The position numbers and the translations under genes are program-made. Of a stretch of 64,000 nucleotides of DNA, positions 49,299-63,200 are shown piece after piece. The notes beneath the pieces are model-generated. The model was not told where the DNA came from, made no database searches, and saw only the letters and a program-made list of their open reading frames with translations. Position 1 is the first letter of the stretch. Each line of letters begins with the position of its first letter. Location of the stretch: the NCBI GenBank assembly GCA_051362555.1, contig CM120645.1, positions 13,702,001-13,766,000 on the forward strand, in the 5' to 3' direction. This DNA is from Lingula anatina. Lineage: Eukaryota; Animalia; Brachiopoda.

Positions 49299-52200
49299 TC
49301 ATTCCTCTTCGTCTGTTTTCTTGGTGTTTGTTTCCTTTTCAAAATGTTTGGAAGAATCATCGTCTGGATTTAGTTTCGCCAAACAAGAGAAGCCTCCCGT
49401 CATCAACCGCTGGACTGAAATAAACAGTTCAAAAAGAAAAATGCATAAGATATAAACGACCCTCTAGATAGACCAAGGATAAAAACTTAATTTTGACACT
49501 ACACTCATTCTTTCATTGTGCCGGGAAAAAAATAAAAACTATTGTTGTATACACATTGCATGTTTAAATACATTAATGTTGATAAGTTCCGTCCTTAAGT
49601 GTATTCTGTTAACTTTAATGTAAATGCAGATGTGCGTATCAAGCCTATTTTATTAAATACATATGGTTGGTCGAATATAGTTTTTTTTTTTTTACTGTGT
49701 GGTTTCACTAGCCGATAGATTACATATACATGTATGTTATGGAGAATGACTCATCGCCAAAGAAAATATCAAAACTGCATACTTATTTCGTGAAGCTTGG
49801 TCTTCAAATCATCCACTGTGACGTCAGGTTCAAGACCATGTTCTAGTAAATCCATAATTTCTTTGACAGGTTGTTGAATGCTATCCTGTAAGAAGACCAC
49901 AATGTGCATTAAATTTTGATAAAAAAACTATAAGCATCACTTTAGGTATTCCTCCTCAAGATCTTCTAACTTGTTGACATTTTTCTCTAGAATATGCGAA
50001 GTTAACGGAGGGAGACATGCAAAAAAGTATTGTATTTAAGATATCACTGAACAAGACAGTATCCTTATTCCGTTAATAAATTAGATTGTTACGATCCCAT
50101 CCTATACCGTTTATCACAAAGTCAAACGTTTATCATTGTACTTCAAACAGTTGACTGTGTGTATGCTACCGTTTTCTTTTCACATAACTTTCAGACATGT
50201 CAGAGTACGGTCTGAAGTGACAGGCTTCAATGTAGTTGGATTCAGTAAACCTTTGAGCCCTACGGCTCATCACAATGGAATACAGTGAGAATATAATATT
50301 ATTAATATGATTAATATTGTGTGGATAAAAGATTCACCAAGCTTTTAGTTTCTTAGAGAATTTTTAAAATATCTTAAACAGTATCAACTATATAATTTAA
50401 AAAATGTCACTGTAACATAAAGATTTTGAATCTAAGAGTAAATGATAAATTTAGTGCATTATTACAATCGACAATTATTGGCTTTAGTGTCTACTTACCT
50501 TAACGAATTTCACTATCACAGCCTTTTCCATAAAAGCAACAGTGAGATCCTGGTGGTTGAGTTTGGCCACGTCCAGTGGGGTGTCGCCATCGTCGTCCGC
50601 CGCCTTAGTGTCCGCCCCTGCTTCCACCAGTAGTTTCACAACTTCTCTGTTACCGCGCATACAGGCCAAGTGTAGCGGCGTCAGTTTGTACGCATCACGG
50701 ACGTCTGTCGCAGCTCCAAGCTCCAGAAGTTTCTCCACCACAGCGGGGTGTTGTTCTAGAACGGCGTGGTGGAGCGGGGTTAGATCCTCTGGTGCGGAGT
50801 CTTTACATTTATCATACTTGTCAGTTATCTTCTTAACAATGTCATCGGGGGGATCTTTTCCCCATCCTGAGTGCAGCACCTTTCCGTAATCTGCCACATC
50901 TAAACTTCCTCCATTTGTTTTCACTAAGAAGTCCGCAAGAAGCTTCCTCTTCACCAGAACATAATGCCACGCGGGTCTTTCTCCATCCTTACCGCGCACT
51001 AAATAGACAAAATGCCTGCAGTGATTACTTTGTTTGTTCATCAATCCAGGATGTGTTCTCAGAATGGCATCCAAACACTGCACTTGTCCACTGCCTGCTG
51101 CCAAGTGGGTTGCATTATTGCCTCCGTTGTTTAGAACAGCTGGATCCGCCTTATGTTCATTTAGCAAATACTTTACCACATCAACATGACCATTTCTAGA
51201 CGCTTCACACAGAGCGGTGTTCCCGTATTTGTCTTGAATATTTGGATCAATCCTACGTTCATGATTCCTTCTTAGAACGGCATCCAAACATTGTACTTTT
51301 CCACTACTTGCGGCACAGTGGGCTGGATTTTGTCCATCATTATTTTGAATGGTAGGATCTGCACCACCTTCATTTAACAGACATTCCACGACGTCCAGGC
51401 CGACATTATTGAAAACTGCAATATGTAGAGCAGTGTTTCCGTTTTTGTTCTGAATACTTGGGTCCGCCTTATGTTTATTTATCAAACACTTTACCACATC
51501 AACATGGCCATTTCTTGATGCTTTGCACAGAGCGGTGTTCCCGTACTTGTCTTGAATATTTGGATCAATCCTATGTTCATGATTCCTTCTTAGAACGGCA
51601 TCCAAATATTGTACTTGTCCACAACGTGCGGCACAGTGTACTGGGTTTTCTCCATCATTATTTACGATGGTTGGATCTGCTCCGCCTTCATCTAACAGAC
51701 ATTCCACGACGTCCAGGCCTGCATTACTGAGAACTGCAATGTGTAGAGCAGTGTTTCCGTTTTTGTTCTGAATACTGGAGTCCGCCTTATGTTTATTTAT
51801 CAAACGCTTTACCACATCAACATGACCATTTCTTGATGCTTCACACAGAGCGGTGTTCCCGTACTTGTCTTGAATATTTGGATCAATCTTACGTCCGTGA
51901 TTCTTTCGCAGAATGGCATCCAAATAATGCGCTTGTCCACTACTTGCGGCACAGTGGGCTGGATTTTGTCCATCATTATTTTGAATGGTTGGATCTGCCT
52001 CACCTTCATCTAACAGACATTCCACGACATCCAGGCCGACATTATTGAGAACTGCAATATGAAGAGCAGTGTTTCCGTTTTTGTTCTGAATATTGGGGTC
52101 CGCCTTATGTTCATTTATCAAACACATAACCACACCTACATGACCATTTCTAGATGCTTCATACAGAACTGTGTTCCCGTACTTGTTCTGATAATTGACA

Positions 52201-55200
52201 TCGATTCCGTCCATTGCAGCTATTTCTTTCACTAACTCGACGTGACGGCCCCATGCGGCACACACCAGGGTATTGCTGGTCACAGATAAACCATGGCGCT
52301 GCAGCCTGTTGTATATGTCTCTGAAGTTACCCATCGCTGCAGCATCGAGGCACGTTATGTCTCCCATAATTGAATTCACACTTTTCTTGATGTCGATGTT
52401 CGGTAGATCAGTAAGGTACTGCACCACGTCATCGTACCCCATCCGACAGGCACGACCCAGGGCTGTTTCTCCAGACTTTGTGACAGCATTCAGGTCTGCA
52501 CCCATTTTGAGAAGCAGCTTCACACCATCAAGGAATCCTACACCGGCAGCATAGTGCAGTGGGGTAAAATTATTTGAGTCAGTAATATTTACCAAATTAT
52601 GGTCACGAGTGCAGAGTTTTTTTAGCTCATCCATTCTCTTATTTCTTATGACCTTGTGAATTGGTTTCGTTTCACTCTCAAGTTTTCCTGCTAAATCAAT
52701 TCGGTCTGCCACACTCTTGTGATGTTTCTTTAAAGCTATCTCTTTGGCAGTACAACCATCCAGCTCACCAGGGTGAGTGCCGCTTGTGACCTGCGTGGAA
52801 AGTTTCGCCCAATCAAAATGTCTGAATATTGTCAGAACTGCATGTTCGTTATTGTGAAACGCTGCAGCGTGTAGAACATTGAATCCATTATCATCCCTGT
52901 ACTTAAGGACTTCGCTTCTGTCCACCTGGCGTGCAGTCCTATCTAGCTCGTACCAAAGCTTAGGCTGTGAGATAAGTGCATGCAGGCGGCGTAACAGATC
53001 AGCTATCACTGAAATATCTTCCGTTTTTTCTCCTGAAATGAAGGGATGTTTTTTATCTTTAAATTAAAACAAACTGTCTTCTTTGTAATAAACACAAACA
53101 TTTGACACACGCCGTCTTATCTCATACTTTTTGCTCCCATATTAAGGGCACCACATATAAATCCTTTTTCGAATACGTTTGTCATTTTCTTTGGTACATG
53201 AAGAGCCTCAGGGATTTGCAGTTGATAAAATCATCATCTCAATATTATTAACTTCTGAAGAGGTATGTGATACAACGTTAATGTCAATATACAATGTTAG
53301 CAGGTCAACATCAACTTCATAATACAGTATGGGCTTATCCATAAAAAATATGAACATGTACATATACATTTTGATTGAAATGCCTTTCATCTGAAGATTA
53401 AGCTAAACAGAATTTGGATTAGCAGCACTGACATTACTTTTCTACTTAATCCCAAAAATTAAAATCCATTCTCCTACATGTACATAAAGTATTAAATTAC
53501 GTTTATTGTATAAACTAAGACTATGTTAACCAATGTATTTCGGAAAAGATTTTAGTGATGTTTTGAGGTATTACATGTACGTGTTTTGTCGACACATTTT
53601 CTACACATTTTCTGCTAAATCTCCATGCACGTTCAGCTTGTTTTTGAGATTTAAATAAGTTTACTTCTACTGTTGCGGATAAAATTTAAAAGTCACTCGC
53701 TTTAACTAGAGTGACCGAAAGTACAGATCTTAAAGAATTGCTTTAAATCTAAAGATTGTAATTTTGTCAACGATTCTTGTATTGTGATTGGCGGGGGTTG
53801 GGGCGTGAGAATATATAAAAACCTATTTTGATACATTGTTAGGTCATTGTGTTATATAAAAATAACACCTTTTCATTGCCCCGTGTATTGCCTGGTTTGG
53901 AATGCAACTCGATATATTTCTACAATTTATGTAACTTACTGGCATACAGCACTTGCGGTAGCGTCACTACAGCAAATATTTGTTATTATGAACCATATTA
54001 ATCAAAATTGTCTTGGTATAGAATATTAATATTAAGACGGAAGAATTCAAATGTGGATTTTGTGCATTGTTTAGCAAAAATTGGTGTCTACAAATTTACA
54101 ATAGAATTTACATGTATATATTTCTCTCCTTGATCCGGCGCGCCCCTTAGCAAAATGAAAAGTTTGCAGCAAACTTGCAAAAAATTTGCAGCAAATTTGC
54201 TGCAAACCAAATAGTTTGCAAGAAACTGTTTGCAGGTTGTTGCAAGAAAAATCACAGTTGTTGCAAATTTGCTGCAAATTTGTAGGAAGATTAAAAGTTT
54301 GCAGGTTGTTGCAAGAAAAATCACAGTTGTTGCAAATTTGCTGCAAATTTGTAGGAAGATTAAAAGTTTGCAGGTAGTTCGCAAGAAAACTATCATTTTC
54401 TAGCGAATTCGCAGCAAATTTGCAAGAAAGCTTCTATTTTCTTGCAAATTTGCAGAAAATTTGCAAGAAGACCCTCATTTACATAAAAGTTTGCTGGAAG
54501 TTTGCAAGAAAGACTATACACTGTTGCAAATTTGCAGCAAATTTGCAAGAAACTGCTCATTTACATAAAAGCCTGAAGAAAGTTTGCAAGGATAAATATA
54601 CCCTGTTGCAAATTTGCAGAAAATTTGCAAGAAAACCTTCATTTACATAACATTTTGCAGAAAGTTTGCAAGAAAGATCAACATTGTTGCAAATGCAGTA
54701 AATTTGCAATAAACTCCTCATTTACATAAATGTTTGCAAGAAACTCAGCTTTTATACACACCAAGTTAATTCATTTGCAAGAAATTGCAAAAAATTGTTT
54801 CATGTTTGCAGCAAATTTGCAAATTTTTTTTCATATAAAAGTTTGCCTGAGTTTTGCAAGAAAGTCCATACCTTTTTTTACTAACATACAGTTAAATAAA
54901 TGATGTTTGCACTGAGCATGGGTGTCAGAAAGTGCCATTTTCAAGCCAAAATATTAGTATTGAGTTTAAAAAAAGAAAAAAAAGACCAAGTTAACTAACA
55001 GCTTATGAGATTTTTGCACGAAACTAAGAAATTTATAAACTTTAGTTTATGAGAAGTCTGAAGACACCTGAAGACACTTAGACATTTGTTAATAGTTTGG
55101 GAGAAGTTTGCAAGATGACATTTACTTAGTTTGCATAAAATTTGCGAGATACTCAGCAGTCTACTTACAGTTTGCAATAAGTTTGCAAGAAACTTGGACA

Positions 55201-57075
55201 TAAACTTACAATTCACAAGAAGTTTGCAAGAAACTTAAACAATTACTTACAGTTTGCGAAAAGTTTGCAAGAAACTTAGTCAATTACTTACAGTTCGCCA
55301 TAAGTTTGCAAGAAACTTAGACATCAACTTACAGTTCACAAGAAGTTTGCAAGAAACTTAGACAATTACTTACAGTTCGCGATAACTTTGCAAGAAACTT
55401 AGACAATTACTTACAGTTCGCGACAAGTTTGCAAGAAACTTAGACATTTACTTACAGTTTGCGATAACTTTGCAAGAAACTTAGACATTTACTTACAGTT
55501 CGCGATAACTTTGCAAGAAACTTACACAATTACTTACAGTTCGCGATAAGTTTGCAAGAAACTTAGAAATTAACCTACAGTTCACAAGTTTGCAAAAAAA
55601 AAAAAAAGGGCTATTTGCTTACAGTTTGCAAAAAACTTATAAAAATAGAAATTAACTTTTTTTTTTTAAATAATCAAGATATAGGCATTTGAAAACTTCT
55701 TTTCCATTCTCGAATCCATCCTTACTCAAACTAACAAAATTGTACTAAAAAAAACAAACAAACAATTCATGTACAGTTATGGATTTTGCCCACTTTTTGG
55801 CCAAATTTATTTATTTACATAACCCCACATAAAAAAAAAAAAAATAGTTCCAAAGGCTTATATAAATGATTATTTATTCATTATAACATTTGTACTTGAT
55901 TTAATTTAAGTTCTTATGTATTATTATCAAATTAATACTTTGATTTACTGCTTATAAAACCGAGATACCAGGATGATGTTAAGATTTCATAGGGTTTTCG
56001 TGATTTAGGCAGATTTGGAGCAATACTGAATTATGATGTAACCCACCAACTATCAATGAACATAAAAATCAACACTACAGGGGATGACATTCCTGAGAAG
56101 TACTTCTTAAAAACAAATAAACTCTTTAGCCCAGGGTGAGTTTGCAAACCCTGATTGTATACTGATGAGCATGTGAAGATCACTTAATTGACTCCCAGTA
56201 ATTGCATGGGCAGACCACGGCATACAGAAAAATGAGCAAAATACTAAGGTGCACTGTCAAGTTATGATCAGGGTAAATTGGTTTGTCACATGGGTCATCA
56301 CAGGTATCTCCATCGAATCATCATCACTGTAACTATAATCACCATCACAATGGACTTCATTACTCAACTCTTCGCTATAAGAGAAGTTAGGACCACAGTT
56401 TTCTTTGCCATTGTCATTTTCACAAACTTCTTTTAGTTGTGTTATTGTGTCAGATATGTCACATATAGCTGTTGCTTTAATATTCTGTACATCCAACTCT
56501 TTGGCATTCTCAGGATAAGGTCTTTATCTTTTGGGTCTCACTCTACCAAGTTGGTCAGCCATCTTGTCTAAAATAAATAAGAAAAAAAGAATTATGAAAA
56601 ATATTTGTCACAATAAGCCTAGATTGATCAAATTTATTATAACAGGTCTCATGATTAAAAAAAGATGTACATTTTCAGTCCCCATTTACTATAGATTACT
56701 AAGTAGCATTGTATTCAAAGCAGAAAGATTCTCATTTCATTATATAGCACCTACATAAACAAACTGATTTCTATCTAAGCAAAGAACAGTGGTCCTTCAA
56801 TTGAAATGCATACTAGTAAGGGTGGAACTTCAAATTCAGTGCCCTTGACACATCTGGTCTTTCAAATTTTCATGGATAATTACAGTGCAGCAGAATGGCT
56901 CTTTGGTTCTTTTATGGAAACTACACACCTGAGAGATAATTAACTAAGAAGACCAACATATTACACACTGATTCTTATCTGAGAGGTCTTTCAATTCAAT
57001 TTGTTAAATCTCTAAGCCCTGTGGTTCATCAGAATGAAACAATGAAAGAATTAAATGCAAATTATTAAAACTTAA

Positions 57076-57112
<37 letters not shown>

Positions 57113-60100
57113 AGCAAACCCATGCTTATTAAGTTCAGTTGCATATATTCCTTTTTTCAATTATTTGTCCTTCTTGAAAAGTAATCATTATACTTGGATC
57201 CTCGGTTTTCAGCTTACATAACTAGTGGAGTATGAATAAAGTTTTATTTACAGTTATTTGTGCATTGATTATTTAATTTTCCTCGACTTTAACACCCCCC
57301 CCTCCCCAATCCGACATTCTTAATAGTAAAAATGTATTTCTGCTTAAGCATGCTGTGGAATGGACATTTAAGAATAAAACCCTAGATGTCACTCAAATCA
57401 TGTAATTCACAGGCTCTTAAACTCTAATTAGTGCCTGAATACCTTTAAATTTCTTCTGCTAGTTTGTACATTGATAGTCTTCATATAGCAATACATGTAT
57501 ATATTCCTTATGTCTGTGTTATTGGCTTGTTCGAATAGAATTGCACTGTAAAATTATCAAGTAAATGTTGATAATCCTCAATGCTAGAAAATTATTTTTT
57601 CCTTGGCACTTGTTATTATTTTCTGAATCTTTTCTTGTAGTTTTTTTTTTTTCACTTTTGACCTAATAACCTTCAAATTTTTGCAATGTATTAAACTTAT
57701 TTTTTAAGAGACACCTGCCAGATTCCCCCACCATCCCCCCCATTCAAGTCTCTGACATGCTCATCTTGCAAGATGCTGAGAGAAAGGATGAAACCTGTTC
57801 ACACCTGACTGTTAATAACTGATCTGTATCTAGGTAAAGATCATGGACCTTAAAATTCCTACTTGCTAATTAGAGAAGCATTTAACAACAAACAAGTATC
57901 TATCCCTTAAGGTACATACTGTCTTTCAACAAGCTTAGCTGAACAATTCCACTTCTAAGAGTATTTACAGGTCATCAAAGCTTAATGTGACTACAACTCA
58001 ATTTTAAATTCTATATTATCTGACAGATATTTCAGGACTACCTAAGCTATTTAGCTTCACTGGATTATAAATGGATTCAGATAAAAGCATTTCACTTCCT
58101 GACAAATAACCCAAATGACTGTGGAAGGGGTCCTAATAATGGAAAATTGCATTTTGTTATGCATATACCTAGAGACATCAAAATTTTATCAATTTTAGGA
58201 TGCATAAATGGTAAATTTTTGCCACAAAAGCTCACCAATTGCCAGTAAAATTTTAAATAGTACTAAGGTACTGTAATTACCACAAGACATCATTTAATAC
58301 TGCTCGAAAAATGATATTTGAACAATATTTTCTGCTAGCTTGCTATGCCGATATAATCCAGGCAGATAAGTAAGATATGTACTTGTATGTTAAATTTTCA
58401 GCCAAAATTTAAAATAAGGAGCAGTTAAAAGCTCCTTTATGCTGATCAAGTGATTTTTCCTTGTCATGTATAATAAATTATTCTAGTTGTATAACAAACT
58501 AGTAGAAGTAGTTAATAAGCATTTACTGGGAATCCATGTTTCACCACACTCAGTTCAAAATGTACCTTTAACTATGGTAATATACACAGAAACCTACAGC
58601 TAATTTTATCAGATTTTGTTAAACTAGAATAAACTAAATAGGTAATAACAGTAGACAAGGGTAATATTTTATACACAGTTAAGTATCAAACTGTCATTTC
58701 TTAAGAAACACTAAAGGGAATCCTCCTTCCAAAGTCTTAGTTGACACTCACTCTTATAAAGGTGACAATTTTCAATTGGCCGACAACTATCTGAAATGCT
58801 CAGCCCACAAGATGTGCTGCTAGCAAGGAAGAGCCCTATTCACACCTGACTGTTAATTACTATAGCACTGATCTGTATCAAAGATTCGGGGACTATTGTA
58901 AAGCTAGGAGGACAAGCAAGTCCCCATCTCCTAAGACTCAAACTGTCTCTTAATAAGCTTTCCTAAACAATTCCACTTTGAAGAATACAGCACATCAGAG
59001 CCTAATCTAACTGTACCTCAAAAATTTAATGTAACCTGACATATAAGTACATTTGGGCTATTTAACTTCACTGGATTGTTATAGACTTGATTTAAAATGT
59101 CATCATTATTTGACACAAGCTAAAATGTAAGCAGAAAAGATGCTTTTAATGTAAAAATGCATTTTATATTGACATTGAATGGCATTTATCAGTTTTAAGA
59201 CATTAAAATTATTTAACTTTTATCAATGTCAATTCATAAAAAATACACAAACCAAATGGTCCTTTTAATAAAACAATGTAAAGATAATATAAATCTGATG
59301 GTAACTTAGGAATGGAAAGAAAAAAAGTAATATTTACTAACACTCACGATTTAAACAATGTATCAAACTGTTTCGTGCTTTTTTTTTTCTGAAGAGACAC
59401 CTGAGAGACCTCCTACATTCAAGTCTCTGTTGACACCCACTCAAATATTGAGATGATAATTTTCAATCATCTGATAACTATCTTGCTAGATAAGCTGCTA
59501 CGTACCTTTCACTGCATGGTTTGCTAGTGTTGCTGGGATTCATCTTCCGCGAAATAAAGACACGCGCAGCCTTGACGACTTTTCAACAATTCCACCCCAG
59601 TAAACATTAGTTGATCTGGATGCAGGAGCAGATCTGTAGTGGTGTTGGCAGAATCTACCTTTTCTAATCGATAGATCAAATTCTTGGTCACGGGGGAGCT
59701 CTCATGAACAGCGATTATCTGACAACCGGAAATGGTCATGAAAACGATTAATCGTGATAGGTTGATGCGCGATCTGATGCATCACGGGAAATTTTGAAGA
59801 AGAAGGCGGTTTGAGATTTACCGGCAGCTGATTTTAAGTTGGTGTAACCAGTTAGAAATTATGATGCGTTGATTGCAAAGCCAGGTGAGTGCAAATATTA
59901 ATCAGAACGTTTGATTCAAGATAGGATTTTACTACACTCAGAGAATTCTCATCATGCCTGCGAGTAGAAGGTAGAAAGTAAACCGATTCTAAATACAGTT
60001 CTAGTATGGGGGCGCTAGTATGGTACTTGTTGGGAAGGCCATCTCGTTCTCTCTCTCTCTTTCTTTCTCTTCTTATTTTCCTCCCTCTCTCTCTCTCTCT

Positions 60101-60161
60101 CTCTCTTCTTTTTTTCCGCTCTCTCTCTCTTCTTTTTTCCTCTCTCTCTCTCTCTCTCTTC

Positions 60162-60204
<43 letters not shown>

Positions 60205-63200
60205 CTGTGGAATAAGTGTGTAACTATATTCTTTTTAAATTATAGAGACGTGGATTACTATTGGTTTTGACAAGGATGGAGTTGTATCAGTGGAAGACGT
60301 TTCGAAGTTTGAGAGGGAGGAAGAGTAAGAAGGGGAAGTCCCTACTGTTGGAGAGACACTCATGGCTCATTGGGATGGTTGCATGTATTTGGCAAAAGTG
60401 ATTTTCATTTAGTGGTAAGTGTATTCTCAATTAGTATAGCATGCTTAGGTGAAATAAATTCAAAGGGCAGAAGGGTTCATACAGCACTTAAGGTACATAT
60501 TAACAGAGCATCGCTGTAACATGATGGATTTCCAGTAACACATATAAACTACTTCTTCAAATTTCCTAATTACTCAAATAAATTTAACATGATAAGGGGT
60601 AAACTGAATAAGTCACCAGATTGGTCATTAAAGAGCTTTAGACTGCGCCTTTCTTTAAATTTTTGGCCAGAAATTTAGCCTATTTTTATGACCTATTATT
60701 ATTATTATTATTTTTATTTATTATTATAATTTTTTTTTGCCCATTGATATACAGCATAGAGTGCTAGAAGAAAAATCTGTTCAAATATTTTTTTTCTTTT
60801 TTTCTTTTTTTTTTTTTTTGGGGGGGGGGGTTAATTAAACTATGCCTTTTGGTAATCCTCTAAGTTATACTACTTGAAACTATATGCTGGCATTTTGTTG
60901 GCTTATGTGCATGGCCAAAATTTACTTCATATGCACCTTTAAACTTAGCCCCTTGAAATTACTTTTAATCTTGAAAAAAAAAAAAAAAAACTTGCACATT
61001 CAATCATATCTGCCACAGGAAAAATTTATAGTTTTAATAGTCTTGATGGTTTTAAAAGTCAGTTTTGGTCATTTCCACAGAAAGGAGAAATATCAAAGTG
61101 CAAATACATGTGTTTTAAAAGAATGCTTTGAAAGCTATTCTCCTTTTATTTTAGATTACAGAAATGCATGTCAGAAGGAAAAGAAGGCATATGTGAAAGG
61201 TGAGTAAATGTATTTTCAGTGAGTGTCAAAGACTTCTGAACAAATCTAAGAATTTAAGTGTATCACCCTCATACTGACTTACCTCTTCTTTGTGAAACTA
61301 ATATGTCTGATAATTCCATAATTATTGTTGGGGTTTTTTTTAAATAGTAACACAGAATCCAAAATGTTTCAGTGTTGCCTTGCTTCTGAATAACAGGAAC
61401 CCCACTTTTTGTTTTAGTTCAAACAACCATGCAACCTATGATGAACTGTTCATATATATAAATATATATTCTTAATGCATCACTTTTTTGGTAGAATAAC
61501 ATTTTATGTTTTAATGTTTTTAGATAAAAAGGACAACCAGAGCAATGGTAGTAGTGTAAGTATATTGTTAATTGACCTGCAATTGCTGTTGCATATCTTT
61601 TCGACTAAATGGTGAAAAAATTGTAATTTCCTCTTTCAAATAATAATTACATTTTACACACTTAAATTCAAATTTAATAAAGCTTTCCCTATGTTATTCA
61701 AGGAAAAAATCAGAGCCAGCTTGTAATGCAGCAGTTGAAGAAAGTGTTTCAGTGCCTCGTGCATCATCTGTTCCCCGTCTTACTCCCACCATCTCCAACT
61801 CTGTGCCCTCTATATATCTCCCCACACCCTTACCATCTCCAACCCTGTGCCCTCCATATCTCCCCACACCCATACCATATCCAACCCTGTGCCCTCTATA
61901 TCTCCCCACGCATACCCTGTGCCCTCCATATCCATCCCCCCCATCTGTCTCATTTAGTTTTTTAAATGAAGTCGTGCTTTCTTTATTTATTGTTTAAATT
62001 CTCTTTCTTTCAGTGTATGTTATTAACAACCTGAAAATGGATGGGCCAGCAATTAAGCACACTATGAGTGCAAAAATTCACACTGCAAAGAGGGCCTTAA
62101 AAAAGGTAGGAAAAGTATTTTTAACTGTGATTAGATTATACCATGCCTGCTAAATTTATTTTTGTTTTACTTAACAACATAAATCATATATATGTATATA
62201 TATATATATATAGGTGTATTTATTAAGGGAATATACTAGAAGCTTACTTGACAAACTACCTGTGAGTGCAACAAATTTTACAAGAAATGTCAAGTTTTAT
62301 TTTTCTTGTCTTTCAGATGTGATATGGTGCTTGTATCCCAGTCGAAATTTGGTCTGACTTCTCTAGCGGGTGAAACAACAGGGGTGATATGTTTTCCAGA
62401 GATCAACTACAACCTGCCTGATCTCTACGTTTATTTCTCTGGCTGACAGATTTGGAGTCTCCTAGGACAGCAGGGACTATCTAGCTATCGGTTCAACTGA
62501 TCAAACTTACTCTGAGCTCTTATACGAAGTTCTACTCCTTATATACTTATACACACAAAATACATTACAGTGAATCATTAACAGGATTGAGATATTGAAG
62601 CCAGTTAACAGAATTAAGACATCTTACTAAGGACTCGATAATTAAACTCGGACTTCTTTAAACTTGGATGTAAATAAAGTTGTTGAACCCTCTTAAAAAT
62701 TAAAGCATCCTTTATAGCTTGGTTACTGTTCTTTCCAATGAATAAAATGCATAAGCAGATTCACGTTGTATCATTATATCAGAGACATCTGAACAATCTT
62801 TACCAAATGTTGATTTAATTTGATTTAAATGTGCAAGTTTCTAAAATAAAATATTGAAAAATGTTTATGGTGTTTCTTACTGATATTCTGTGTGTGCTAT
62901 TTTTTCATTCATTTGATAATTTTTCTGTATGTGTTCTGCCAGCTGTACTAAATGGCTAAAATACAGTAATAAAATTTTGCTACTCCATGATTTCAAATAT
63001 GGCATACATGATTTAATTAAAAAAAAGAACTGGCATAAATAAAAGCATAATCACTGGGTTAAATATTAGTTGTCAGTCTACTGCAATAGTGGTACTGCAG
63101 AAGAATGTTTTTTCGATTTTTTTTTTTTTTTTTGGGGGGGAGGGGGGTTCCGGAAAAATTCGCGAGAACAGTTCTGGAGAGTTTGCAGCAAATTTGCAAG

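Noticed and set aside
54071-55216. Cys/Lys/Gln-rich ORFs (LQQICCK-type; also 63059-63585)
   Set aside because: Translations of the TTTGCA/TGCAAA subterminal repeat arrays.
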